A DNA stretch of 63,055 nt, filler included, from Octopus bimaculoides (Eukaryota): assembly GCF_001194135.2 (NCBI RefSeq). It is 4 parts of 4 records of this genome, joined end to end, with 100 filler letters (N's around TTAATTAATTAA, not from the genome) between each part and the next. Parts side by side here need not be neighbours in the genome. Positions count along the whole stretch, not along the records: positions 37,557 to 61,050 come from NC_068991.1; positions 61,151 to 63,055 come from NW_026401030.1; 2 more parts are not named here. The stretch is one strand, 5' to 3'. A program made the position numbers and the translations under genes. Under the pieces are notes generated by a model. That model saw nothing but the letters and a program-made list of their open reading frames with translations, did not search any database and had not been told where the DNA came from. Of the stretch, positions 50,931 to 63,055 are shown piece after piece (the stretch's first letter is position 1; every line of letters starts with the position of its first letter).

Positions 50931-52425
50931 ATCATCATCATCGTTTAACGTCCGCTTTCCATGCTAGCATGGGTTGGACGATTTGACTGAGGACTGGTGA
51001 AACCGGATGGCAACACCAGGCTCCAGTCTGATTTGGCAGAGTTTCTACAGCTGGATGCCCTTCCTAACGCCAACCACTCAGAGAGTGTAGTGGGTGCTTT
51101 TACGTGTCACCCGCACGAAAACGGCCACGCTCGAAATGGTGTCTTTTATGTGCCACCNNNNNNNNNNNNNNNNNNNNNNNNNNNNNNNNNNNNNNNNNNN
51201 NNNNNNNNNNNNNNNNNNNNNNNNNNNNNNNNNNNNNNNNNNNNNNNNNNNNNNNNNNNNNNNNNNNNNNNNNNNNNNNNNNNNNNNNNNNNNNNNNNNN
51301 NNNNNNNNNNNNNNNNNNNNNNNNNNNNNNNNNNNNNNNNNNNNNNNNNNNNNNNNNNNNNNNNNNNNNNNNNNNNNNNNNNNNNNNNNNNNNNNNNNNN
51401 NNNNNNNNNNNNNNNNNNNNNNNNNNNNNNNNNNNNNNNNNNNNNNNNNNNNNNNNNNNNNNNNNNNNNNNNNNNNNNNNNNNNNNNNNNNNNNNNNNNN
51501 NNNNNNNNNNNNNNNNNNNNNNNNNNNNNNNNNNNNNNNNNNNNNNNNNNNNNNNNNNNNNNNNNNNNNNNNNNNNNNNNNNNNNNNNNNNNNNNNNNNN
51601 NNNNNNNNNNNNNNNNNNNNNNNNNNNNNNNNNNNNNNNNNNNNNNNNNNNNNNNNNNNNNNNNNNNNNNNNNNNNNNNNNNNNNNNNNNNNNNNNNNNN
51701 NNNNNNNNNNNNNNNNNNNNNNNNNNNNNNNNNNNNNNNNNNNNNNNNNNNNNNNNNNNNNNNNNNNNNNNNNNNNNNNNNNNNNNNNNNNNNNNNNNNN
51801 NNNNNNNNNNNNNNNNNNNNNNNNNNNNNNNNNNNNNNNNNNNNNNNNNNNNNNNNNNNNNNNNNNNNNNNNNNNNNNNNNNNNNNNNNNNNNNNNNNNN
51901 NNNNNNNNNNNNNNNNNNNNNNNNNNNNNNNNNNNNNNNNNNNNNNNNNNNNNNNNNNNNNNNNNNNNNNNNNNNNNNNNNNNNNNNNNNNNNNNNNNNN
52001 NNNNNNNNNNNNNNNNNNNNNNNNNNNNNNNNNNNNNNNNNNNNNNNNNNNNNNNNNNNNNNNNNNNNNTATGTGTCCATAGCTTGCACCGGGTACATCT
52101 TATAGAGTTACTACCTACTCCTTTTCTACATACTGAGCAGGGCCATCTACCTGAAGGGGTTTGTGTTTTATCTACCTTCCTACTTGTTAGGATTTTGGTT
52201 TTAGCTAGGTTGACTCTAAGGCCCTTCAATTCTAGACCTTGCTTCCACACCTGAAACTTCTCCTCTAGTTCTGATAGTGACTCCGCAATTAGGGCAAGGT
52301 CATCAGCATAGAGGAGCTCCCAGGGGCAACCTGTCTTGAACTCCTCTGTGATTGCCTGGAGGACTATGGTAAATAAGAGGGGGCTGAGGACGGAACCTTG
52401 GTGGACCCCTACCTCTACCCGGAAT
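50930..52425 (-). mobile_element. 5'-truncated young RTE-clade LINE copy (RT core to 3' tail; middle is a gap)
   Basis: GVHQGSVLSPLLF...LLYADDLAL...VNLAKTK in an open frame, followed by CSVCRKGVGSNSIRCTRCKLWTH. Same 3' tail as 41270-41970. Possible TSD tagatatatat at 50919-50929 and 52426-52436. Confidence 0.85.
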
Positions 52426-52660
52426 TAGATATATATATATATATAAAAACACACAAGTACAGGACAAAATACCAAAAGAAGATAACTCCTCATCAGTTGT
52501 TGACTGTTTTACTACTTCGTATTTTGTGCTTCCAATGTCAATATACGAAAACAGCAGTATCCAGAAATTTTTAAAATATAAAATTTTTGGAGCCTCAAGG
52601 CTTCAAATGAAGAAAGAACAACAGAGTGGATGTACAGAGTAAACAATTGACAAACATTAA

Positions 52661-52881
52661 CCCTTTAGCATTTAAACCGGCCATATCCGGCCAAAAGTAT
52701 TCTGCCTGTTTTATGTTCAAACTAGCCAGATCTGGTCTCTCACACCAACCCTACAATATTGTTTTAAAAATTAACGGCTACCTCATCAAAATCTCATAGC
52801 TACAAGATAATGTATGATTAGTTCAAAACAATGTAGATGAAAAAGCATTAATTTTGGCAGAATAATGCGAACACTAAAGGG
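52661..52881. mobile_element. piggyBac-type MITE
   Basis: TTAA|CCCTTTAG...CTAAAGGG|TTAA. A degenerate second copy lies at about 44305-44525. Confidence 0.75.
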
Positions 52882-53429
52882 TTAAGGGCCATTAGACCAA
52901 GACGAATTGTAATGGTTAATGCCTGGGAGAAATTTTGAAAGAATATAGAATAAATAGAAGAGAAAAAAAATGTCAGGAGATGAGAGAAATGATGTCCAGC
53001 TAGGTAGACGCCAGGTCCAGAAAAGACAGAGGTGAGAGAAATGGCCTAGAGTCACATGTGGGCAAGAGGCAGATAGAATGAGGGAAGGAAAGAAAGTGAG
53101 TGAAGAGGAGGAAGAAGGAACGAAAGAAAGTAGGGAGTGGAAGAAAGACAGACAGGGGACAGCAAAGGAGGAGGAGGAGAAACGGAAAATATAGAAGATT
53201 ATAGAGGGATAGAGAGAAAGAAAGAGAACAGTGTGGAGTCACAGAATTTATGTATAAATTTAAGAACTTACTGTAGACAAGGCTGCGTGGTGTTCAATTA
53301 TAAATAAATAAAAAAATACACATTAAGTACAAGACATTACCAATGAGTGAAAAACACGTAAACACACGTAAAACAAAGACTGCCCTGGAATAAATATATA
53401 AGACCCCCCCCCCAGGTTATCAAATATGT

Positions 53430-53840
53430 AAATAAATACCAGCACAAAGAAAACTGGTGGAACATTCCCATCAAATATCTGTCAGGTGTAAGCATAACAG
53501 GCCAGATATTGTTGTTTAGGACAGACAAGAAAAAATATGTACCGTCACAGAAGTCAGCTGTCCTGTTGAGGTGAATATCTCTTTAAAAATCAAAGAGAAA
53601 GAAGATAATTATGGACAAAACGCTTCAAAACCTTCAGATTCTATATCACAACTATAAATTTACGGTTATACCAATAATAATTGTAGTACTTGGTTTTGTA
53701 AGTAAATGCCTAACTGTCAGTCTGGGTAAGCTTGATGTTTAGAAAAAGAAATCAACCAGCTAACTGGCAGATTACAAATACAATCTGTAAGCAGAATGGT
53801 AAAATTATGCAAGTCTTTTCTCAGGTTTAAAATGTGACAT
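53430..53840 (+). mobile_element. Degenerate 3' end of an R2-superfamily (R4/Dong-like) LINE with restriction-like endonuclease
   Basis: Hand translation KHNRPDIVV*DRQEKICTVTEVSCPVEVNISLKIKEKEDNYG matches the RPD..E...K..KY pattern of RLE domains. Ends KSFLRFKM*. Confidence 0.7.
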
Positions 53841-53899
53841 TGTTTTCATTATCTACATTCCAATGTTGGAGTTTGTATTTGTAAATGATTACAAATAGA

Positions 53900-54460
53900 A
53901 GAGAAACATATGTAGACATCAAAGAAAAGACTGCACTGGTTTGGTCACATGATGTGGATGGATGAGGACAGTTGCTTAAAGAAATGCCGATCACTTAAAA
54001 TGGAGGGAAGTTGTGGAAGAGGGAGACCCAGGAAGATATGGGACAAAGTATTGAAAGTTGATCTCAAAATGATGAGCCTTATGAAGGAGATGGCAGAGGA
54101 CTGAAATATGCAGCACATTGTTTGTACTTATGAAGACCTGCCCATCACAACAGAATTGATATCCTAAAACCAAGGTGCCATGTAAAAAGTATTTATGTTG
54201 GAGCTGATACCATGTAAAAAGCACTGGTGCTGGTGCCAAGTAATAAGCATTAATAATGGTGCCACATAAAAAGTGCCAGTAAAGATGCCACATAAAAAGC
54301 ACACCAGTACATTCTGTAAAGTGATTGGCATTTGGAAGGAGATCCAGCTGTAGAAACCAAGCCAAAACAGACAATGGAACCTGGTGCATTCCCTGGCTTT
54401 ACCAGCTCCTATCAAGCCATCCAACCCATGCCAGCATGGAAAATGGATGTTGAATGATGA
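53900..54460 (+). mobile_element. Older RTE-clade 3' fragment with short tandem units and tail
   Basis: RLHWFGHMMWMDEDSCLKKC...GRGRPRKIWDKVLKVDL, then ccaacccatgccagcatggaaaatggatgttgaatgatgat. Confidence 0.7.
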
Positions 54461-54549
54461 TACACACACACAATCTGCCAAAAGGTGTATACACACTTCA
54501 GGGAAAGAAAAACATGGAATATTTCAATACCAAATTAATTCAGACGACA

Positions 54550-55650
54550 CTGGGTTAATACAAGTCACCTTTAACCTCTACAGTTGCAAGAGGTGCTCAA
54601 AGTGGTAGCCATTAGCTTCCAGAGACTTATTAGATTAATACAAAGTTACCTTTAACCTTTTTGTTTTTTTTTATGGCTTGACAATTTCACGGATTCGTGA
54701 GGAGTTCAAAACACATGGTACTGTGTATGATGTGCAGAAGGGGAAATTTGGCAGGCCTTGTACAGTGACAAGTGCTGCTTCCTCAGCTATGGTGTTGGAA
54801 CGTTTCACACATTTGCCATAGATGTCTACCACACAATGTGCATGTGAGACAGAAATAAGAAGTAAAAGCATGCGGTGAATTGTTAAAAGAGCTAAGGGGA
54901 AAGTTTATATCTCAAGATTATTACATGCAATTCACAATGATGATCCTGATTGAAGAATCGAGTTTTGTGAGTGGTTTCAATACATGGTAGACAAGGATGA
55001 TAAGTTTGAGAGGATCATTGCGCAATCTGATGAAGTACAATTTTAGCTAAATGGAACAGAGAACCAACACAATTTTTTTTACTGGATAATAGAAAATCGT
55101 TGCTTGCATGTGGACAAAGCAGTTGATTCACTGCAAATCAATGTCTGGTATGGAATGTCAACAAGAAGTTTAATCAGACTATTTTCCTTTGAAGTTACTT
55201 TTACTGGTCAAGTGTACCTAGACATGCTATGCACATTCATTTTACCTGCCATACTTGCACTTCATGAAAATGAGGAATTTCTCTTTCAAGGCAACACACA
55301 CCACCACACTACTGCTAAGGTGTGCGAGCATACCTGGATATAAATTTGCAAGGACCCTAGATAAGAAGAAGAGGGTGTAGTTGAGTGCCCTGCACATTCT
55401 TCTGATTTGACACCTGCAGACTTTTATTTCTGGGGTACCTTAAAGGATGCTGTATACATTGCAGAAAACTGGCTACAATGATGGCCCTTCAGAAAGAAAC
55501 TGAAAAAGAATGTGCAGCAATCCCACTGGACACTTTGGTCAACACTGCCCAAGCAGAGGTTCACCATACTAGTATGTCCAGAAGCTAATGGTCACCACTT
55601 TGAACAACACTTGTAACTGTATAGGTTAATGGTAACTTGTATTAATCCTG
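54550..55650 (+). mobile_element. Degenerate Tc1/mariner element (maT/DD37D-like transposase relic)
   Basis: Frameshifted remnants SDEVQ, GQVYLDML...ILPAI, SDLTPADFYFWGTLKD, EANGHHFE. About 70-bp imperfect inverted repeats at 54550-54620 and 55579-55650. Confidence 0.75.
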
Positions 55651-55659
55651 CAATGTCTC

Positions 55660-58278
55660 TTTTACTTATTTCAGTCATTTGACTGCGGCCATGCTGGAGC
55701 ACCGCCTTTATTCGAGCAAATCGACCCCAGGACTTATTCTTTTTGGAAGCCTAGTACCTATTCTATCAGTCTCTTTTGCCAAGCCACTAAGTTACGGGGA
55801 CGTAAACACAACAGCATTGGTTGTCAAACCATGTTGGGGGGGACAAACACTGACACACACACAACGATGACGATGATGATGATGATGATATATACGACAG
55901 GCTTTTTCAGTTTCCGTCTACCAAATCCACTCACAAAGCTTTGGTCGGCCCGAAGCTATAGTTAAAGGCACTTGCCGAAGGTGCCACGCAGTTTGACTGA
56001 ACCCGGAACCATGTGGTTTGTAAGCAAGCTACTTACCACACAGCCACTCCTACGCCTATGTCTGAATAAATTTAGTATTAAAATATTTCTGCACATTTTT
56101 CTTCTTTTGAAATGTGTATACATTTTTTTTTTGTGGACTCTGTATACACACACACACACACATTAGAAAAATATTTTTAAGATTAATAATATTTTTTATA
56201 TTAATAATTCAAAGAAATAAAATCTGCTAAATATATTAATTCTAAATAAATTTGNNNNNNNNNNTTTGTAAGCAAGCTACTTACCACACAGCCACTCCTA
56301 CGCCTATGTCTGAATAAATTTAGTATTAAAATATTTCTGCACATTTTTCTTCTTTTGAAATGTGTATACATTTTTTTTTTGTGGACTCTGTATACACACA
56401 CACACACACATTAGAAAAATATTTTTAAGATTAATAATATTTTTTATATTAATAATTCAAAGAAATAAAATCTGCTAAATATATTAATTCTAAATAAATT
56501 TGTAAATGTCCCATTTCCTTGATTGAAATACATCTTACATCATATATTTCACTGCTGCTTTCTTAATATAACATGATACCATAACCATTTATGTCACCAT
56601 AAAGACATATAGCTATAACTGTCTCACCAACAGAGTGAATATAATTTAGCTCAACCTTTCGGTGTAGTAAATGCTACAGGCAAAAATCTAAATCATTTCT
56701 GTTTACCACTAAGATATATACCCTCCACATACAGTCTGGATATTGTTTGTTTTATATCTATCTTTTCATTTTTTTTTTTTTTTTACTTGCTTCAGTCATT
56801 GGACTGTGGCCATGCTGGGGCACCACCTTGAATTTTTTACTTGAATGAATCAACACCAGTACTTGTTCTCACAATCCCTTTGGCTGAACCGCAAGGTCAC
56901 AGGGACGTAAACACACCAACACCAGTTGTCAAGTGGTGATAAGGAGACAAACACAGGCACAAAGACACACACACATAGATATATATACTCTTTTACTTGT
57001 TTCAGTCATTTGACTGCGGCCATGCTGGAGCACTGCCTTTAGTCGAGCAAATCGACCCCAGGACTTATTCTTTTGTAAGCCTAGTACTTATTCTATCGGT
57101 CTCTTTTGCTGAACCATTAAGTTATGGGGACGTAAACACACCAGCATTGGTTGTCAAGCGATGTTGGGGGGACAAACACAGACACACAAACACATATATA
57201 TATATATATATACATATATATATACGACGGTCTTCTTTCAGTTTCCATCTACCAAATCCACTCACAAGGCTTTGGTCAGCCCAAGGCTATAGTAGAAGAC
57301 ACTTGCCTAAAGTGCCACGCAGTGGGACTGATCCCGGAACCATGTGGTTGGTAAGCAAGCTATTTACCACACAGCCACTCCTGCACCTATATATATATAT
57401 ATGATGGGCTTCTTCCAGTTTCCATCTACCAAATCCACTCACAAGGCTTCAGTTGGCCCGAGGCTATAGTAGAGGACACTTGCCCAAGGTACCATGCAGT
57501 GGGACTGAACCTGGAACCATGTGGTTGGGAAGCAAGCTTCTTACCACGCAACCACTCCTACACCTCTATGTTTGCTTTTCATATTTATATTCATCTCCCC
57601 TTACAATCAATAGGGGTGGGATTGAAAATAGTGTCAAGTATATGTTATTAATAGATTTATAGTAAACAATAATAGCTGTAGAAATAGTTCATATTGTCGG
57701 CTAAATTAGTTTACTATGAGAAAGAGCAATGACCTAATATTTTGAACAGAGCCTGCCAGTTGTGTGTATTTTAAAAAAAAATTCTTTTTTTGCATATTTC
57801 AGTTATTGGACTGGCTATGCTGGGTCACTGCCCCTTTTAGGTGATCAAATTGATACCAATACTTATTTTTTTAAAGTCTGATATTTATTCTGTTGTTTTC
57901 TTTTGCTGGACTGCTAAGTTACAGGAATGTAAACATGCCAACACTGGTTGTCAAGTGGGGGGGGGGCAAAAAAAGAAATACACAAACACATAGACAGACA
58001 GATACATACATACATACAAATAGACATATATATAGAGACAGATAGGGTTATAATCCAAGCTGTATTCTCATGAAGCACTTATGCATATTCCAGTTCCCCA
58101 AAGTATATTTGCAGATGTTATGATTTTATGTGAGAGTTGAAAATACTGGAAAATACTGTTAAACACTGGAAAACACTTATTGCAGAGTAATTACATCTTA
58201 AAAGAGAAAACTGGAAATTATTTTGCAATTATTCATTCATAAATAATACCAAAAAATTTGTTTTCTTTACACACACAC

Positions 58279-58317
<39 letters not shown>

Positions 58318-58725
58318 CTTTATCTTTACTTTCTTTACTTGTTTCAGTCATTTGACTGTGGTCATGCTGGAGCACCACCTTTAGTCGAGCAAATCGACCC
58401 CAGGACTTATTCTTTGTAAGCCTAATACTTATTTTATCAGTCTCTTTTTGCTGAACCGCTAAGTTACGGGGACATTCACATACCAGCACCGGTTGTCAAG
58501 CGATGTTGGCGGGACAAGCACAGACACGCAAACATATACACACACATACATATACACATATACAACGGGCTTCTTTCAGTTTCCATCTACCAAATTCACT
58601 CACAAGGCTTTGGTCGGCCCGAGGCTATAGTTGAAGACACTTGCCCAAGGTGACACGCAGTGGGATTGACCCCGGAACCATGTGGTTGGTAAGCAAGCTA
58701 CTTACCACACAGCCACCCCTGCGCC
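55660..58725 (-). mobile_element. Cluster of SINE family 2 copies, all minus strand (about 55660-56056, 56775-56950, 56987-57387, 57400-57565, 57800-57960, 58325-58725)
   Basis: Repeated ctcttttacttgtttcagtcatttgactgcggccatgctggagcac...accacacagccactcc blocks. Confidence 0.8.
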
Positions 58726-61700
58726 TATCTATCTATCTATATATCTATATATATATATATATGCCATGGACACCTGTGCTTTGGTTCTTTCTTTTTCTTT
58801 TCTTCCTTTTTTTTGTCACTTTTGCTATGAATTAAATTAATGAATTCAACGGGATACACCGTCTGCAAGTAGTTGGGTTCAGCATATTATCCTCCACTTT
58901 CTAATTGTTACACAAATTTTGGGTAAAACCTCCACTTTTNNNNNNNNNNNNNNNNNNNNNNNNNNNNNNNNNNNNNNNNNNNNNNNNNNNNNNNNNNNNN
59001 NNNNNNNNNNNNNNNNNNNNNNNNNNNNNNNNNNNNNNNNNNNNNNNNNNNNNNNNNNNNNNNNNNNNNNNNNNNNNNNNNNNNNNNNNNNNNNNNNNNN
59101 NNNNNNNNNNNNNNNNNNNNNNNNNNNNNNNNNNNNNNNNNNNNNNNNNNNNNNNNNNNNNNNNNNNNNNNNNNNNNNNNNNNNNNNNNNNNNNNNNNNN
59201 NNNNNNNNNNNNNNNNNNNNNNNNNNNNNNNNNNNNNNNNNNNNNNNNNNNNNNNNNNNNNNNNNNNNNNNNNNNNNNNNNNNNNNNNNNNNNNNNNNNN
59301 NNNNNNNNNNNNNNNNNNNNNNNNNNNNNNNNNNNNNNNNNNNNNNNNNNNNNNNNNNNNNNNNNNNNNNNNNNNNNNNNNNNNNNNNNNNNNNNNNNNN
59401 NNNNNNNNNNNNNNNNNNNNNNNNNNNNNNNNNNNNNNNNNNNNNNNNNNNNNNNNNNNNNNNNNNNNNNNNNNNNNNNNNNNNNNNNNNNNNNNNNNNN
59501 NNNNNNNNNNNNNNNNNNNNNNNNNNNNNNNNNNNNNNNNNATGGTAGTATTCTATGACTGGATGCCTTTCTTGGTGTCAACTCTTATTTCAAGTAAGGG
59601 ACTTTATCCAACATTTTCAAATGTCAAACTGCTGAGCTGGCAGACTTTTTGTTTATGGGCCGTTGCCAGTACCCGCCTGACTGGCTTTCGTGCCGGTGGC
59701 ACGTAAAAGCACCCACTACACTCTCTGAGTGGTTGGCGTTAGGAAGGGCATCCAGCTGTAGAAACTCTGCCAAATCAGATTGGAGCCTGGTGTAGCCATC
59801 TGGTTTCACCAGTCCTCAGTCAAATCGTCCAACCCATGATAGCATGGAAAGCGGACGTTAAACGATGATGATGATGATGATGGGATGTAAACAATGTTAC
59901 TGCCACTCAAGGAGTATCAATGTGAAGACACAAGAAGACACACACACATCATTATCACTTAACATCCACTTATCTATCCCTGCATGGGTCAGAAGAATTT
60001 GTTGAAGTGGATTTTCCCATAGCCAGATGCCTTTTCTGTCAACAACCCTTACCCGTTCCCAAGCTAATTAATATTTCTCCTGATCGGACATGTTTTCAAG
60101 GAAAACTGGAAACAAAAGACACTACTTGTATGAAGGTGACATTTGTTTACAATTATCACATGCAGTAAAGGGAAGGAGACAATCACACACACACACACAT
60201 AAACATGAACTTCTTTCAGTTTCTGTCTATCAAATCCACAAACATAGCTTTGGTCAGCCAGAGGTTGTAGTAGGAAATACTGGCCCAAGGTACCACAGAA
60301 TAGGACGAAACCCCAAATCATGTGGTTGGGAAGCAAATGGTTAGCTACGTAGTGACACCTACCTACACACACACACACACACACAGCAGCAGAAATACCC
60401 AGTGTTGCCCAAGTTAAAGAAATAATGAAATTTAAAAACGCCATGTAGATTACGCAGGTCTCAACTTTCTACGTAACTCTGCAACCTATACCAACATGGA
60501 ACACAGACGTTAAGTGAAATGTTAAAAGAAAGTTTTTAACCCATATATGTATGTAAAGTAAGTTCATGTTTGTATGACTTATTTTGTAACCAAAAACCAG
60601 GTACAGATTACAAACAACGAAAGGCCGTGCATAGAATACACACACACACACAAATAGACAGTGAATATATCATGTTACTGTTGCCCACAGATATACCTTC
60701 ACAATGAACAGCCTATGATTTGTCCGAGGTGCATCAGAAGTATCGAAGCAATTGGCGAAGCGTGAAAAGTGAATATGCACGCAACTCTCTTTTATATATA
60801 AGATATATATATAGGTGCAGGCGTGGCTGTGGCAAGAGCTTGCTTGCCAAACACATGGTTCTAGGTTCAGTCCCACTGCATGGTACCTTGGGCAGGTGTC
60901 TTCTATCATAGCCTCAGGCAGACTAAAGCTTTGTGAGTAGATTTGGTAGAAGGAAACTGAAAGAAGCCCGTCATATGTATGTGTATCATCATCATCATCA
61001 TCATCATCGTTTAACGTCCGCTTTCCATGCTAGCATGGGTTGGACGATTTNNNNNNNNNNNNNNNNNNNNNNNNNNNNNNNNNNNNNNNNNNNNTTAATT
61101 AATTAANNNNNNNNNNNNNNNNNNNNNNNNNNNNNNNNNNNNNNNNNNNNGCTTCTTTCAGTTTCCATCTACCAAATCCACTCACAGAGTTTTGGTCAGC
61201 CCGAGGCTACAGTAGAAGACACTTGCCTAAAGTGCCACGCAGTGGGACTGAACCCTGGACCATGTGGTCGGGAAGCAACCACACATGTATATATGAGAGA
61301 GAGAGAGCAGAGCCATCACTACCTGCCAAGAAATATGGGTGTAGGGTTTCTGGTAGTGATAGCAGTAGGTGGGAAGCACAGGTAGGGGCTGTATGGACAG
61401 GTGTTGATTGAGTCTGGGAAAGAAAAATATAAAGAGAAGAGGGTTGAATGTGAACAGTGCCCCCTTTCTCAGATGAAGGGGTCACAGAGAGGAGGAGGTG
61501 AGTTACAGGTGGCAATGGGGGGTAGGTGGGTTTGAGTATAAGAATGAGTTGCTNNNNNNNNNNNNNNNNNNNNNNNNNNNNNNNNNNNNNNNNNNNNNNN
61601 NNNNNNNNNNNNNNNNNNNNNNNNNNNNNNNNNNNNNNNNNNNNNNNNNNNNNNNNNNNNNNNNNNNNNNNNNNNNNNNNNNNNNNNNNNNNNNNNNNNN

Positions 61701-62242
61701 NNNNNNNNNNNNNNNNNNNNNNNNNNNNNNNNNNNNNNNNNNNNNNNNNNNNNNNNNNNNNNNNNNNNNNNNNNNNNNNNNNNNNNNNNNNNNNNNNNNN
61801 NNNNNNNNNNNNNNNNNNNNNNNNNNNNNNNNNNNNNNNNNNNNNNNNNNNNNNNNNNNNNNNNNNNNNNNNNNNNNNNNNNNNNNNNNNNNNNNNNNNN
61901 NNNNNNNNNNNNNNNNNNNNNNNNNNNNNNNNNNNNNNNNNNNNNNNNNNNNNNNNNNNNNNNNNNNNNNNNNNNNNNNNNNNNNNNNNNNNNNNNNNNN
62001 NNNNNNNNNNNNNNNNNNNNNNNNNNNNNNNNNNNNNNNNNNNNNNNNNNNNNNNNNNNNNNNNNNNNNNNNNTATATACCATACCGTATACATGTTGTA
62101 TGCTATACATACCATATCATACATTACATACATACACGGTTATACATCAATATAAGTATTACATGTATTCACGCTTCTATTCAATATATATGTGTTTGTG
62201 TGTATGTTTATATATCCACATATACATACTATATATAAATCC

Positions 62243-62304
<62 letters not shown>

Positions 62305-62659
62305 ATACACACACATGCACCTGCATACATATGTATGTTCATACAGGTATACACAAACAGTGTGTGTATGTGTGTGTCTCGCTGTGAGTCTTTTATTTTT
62401 TTACGAATACTTGAAATATTCCTCAGGCCTTATTAACATTTTAAGACATAATATAATATAATATAAAATATATATATATATATGTATATATATATAGAAA
62501 ATAAAAAGGTAAAAGCCGAAAAGAGAACTAATAATATAATGATGATAAAATAATAAGAATTAAATAAAAGAATTAGAGAAAGATAAATCTATCAAACTGT
62601 GCAAGAAATTAAATTTGAATTCTTGAAATAAATCTAATAATAGAGAAAGAATTGATTGA

Positions 62660-63055
62660 AAAGATGAAATAATTGACTGGAAAGAGAAGAGGAAAAAGAA
62701 AAAGAAAAAAGAAGCAAAACGAAAAAAGAAGAAGAAAAAAGTTTGTCATTGTAAGAAAGGAGAGGAAGACAGAAAGAAGGCAAGGAAGAAGGTGGAGGAG
62801 GACGCAGGTGTGTGGTAGAGGTGGGAGATTAACAGAGATGAAGTTTGATTCTGTTAAGCACTGTCTGTGAGTTGGTTGGGAGTGGGAGGTGGTGGAGAGA
62901 GGGAGAGGAAGAAAAGGAGAGAGAGCGAGGGGGAGAGAGTCAGGAGAGGAGGGGAAGAGAGAAAGAGATGGAGAGAGAGACAGATAAAGGGAGGGGTAAG
63001 AGAGAGAGATGGAAAGAGATATAGAGGGAATAAAAGAGGAAGAGAGAGAGAGAGA
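62660..63055. repeat. Purine-rich (GA/AAG) low-complexity tract
   Basis: Direct inspection. Confidence 0.85.

Noticed and set aside
56021-56502. Exact duplication of about 235 bp (56021-56254 and 56266-56502)
   Set aside because: Identical copies separated only by an 11-N gap, typical of an unmerged contig overlap.
50997-62238. Long ORFs of 200-390 aa in the ORF track
   Set aside because: They are mostly X residues from N gaps.

Overview
Eukaryotic, AT-rich, microsatellite- and SINE-dense draft-assembly sequence with many N gaps. The repeat families and style suggest an octopus (Octopus-like cephalopod) genome; this is inference. Host genes are sparse: two spliced minus-strand exons of a ZNF474-like C2HC zinc-finger gene (34587-34766, 32461-32603), one uninterrupted 275-aa orphan ORF (14047-14874, +) and a few weak candidate exons. 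Most of the rest is transposon-derived: tRNA-type SINEs, RTE-clade and R2/R4-type LINE fragments, Tc1/mariner relics, MITEs and a possible solo LTR. The most interesting signal is a cluster of short (about 1.6-2.0 kb) non-LTR-type elements at 18.0-21.1 kb and 29.7-31.7 kb. They encode only an ORF1/Gag-like protein (conserved central motifs plus one CCHC knuckle), with no reverse transcriptase or endonuclease. Two copies are bounded by target-site duplications and share a 3' terminal motif. One is nested inside a relative, and two abut the same nucleotide of the same SINE family. Together this looks like a HAL1-like non-autonomous, possibly target-specific, retrotransposon family. All alignments were done by eye and coordinates of degenerate repeats are approximate.
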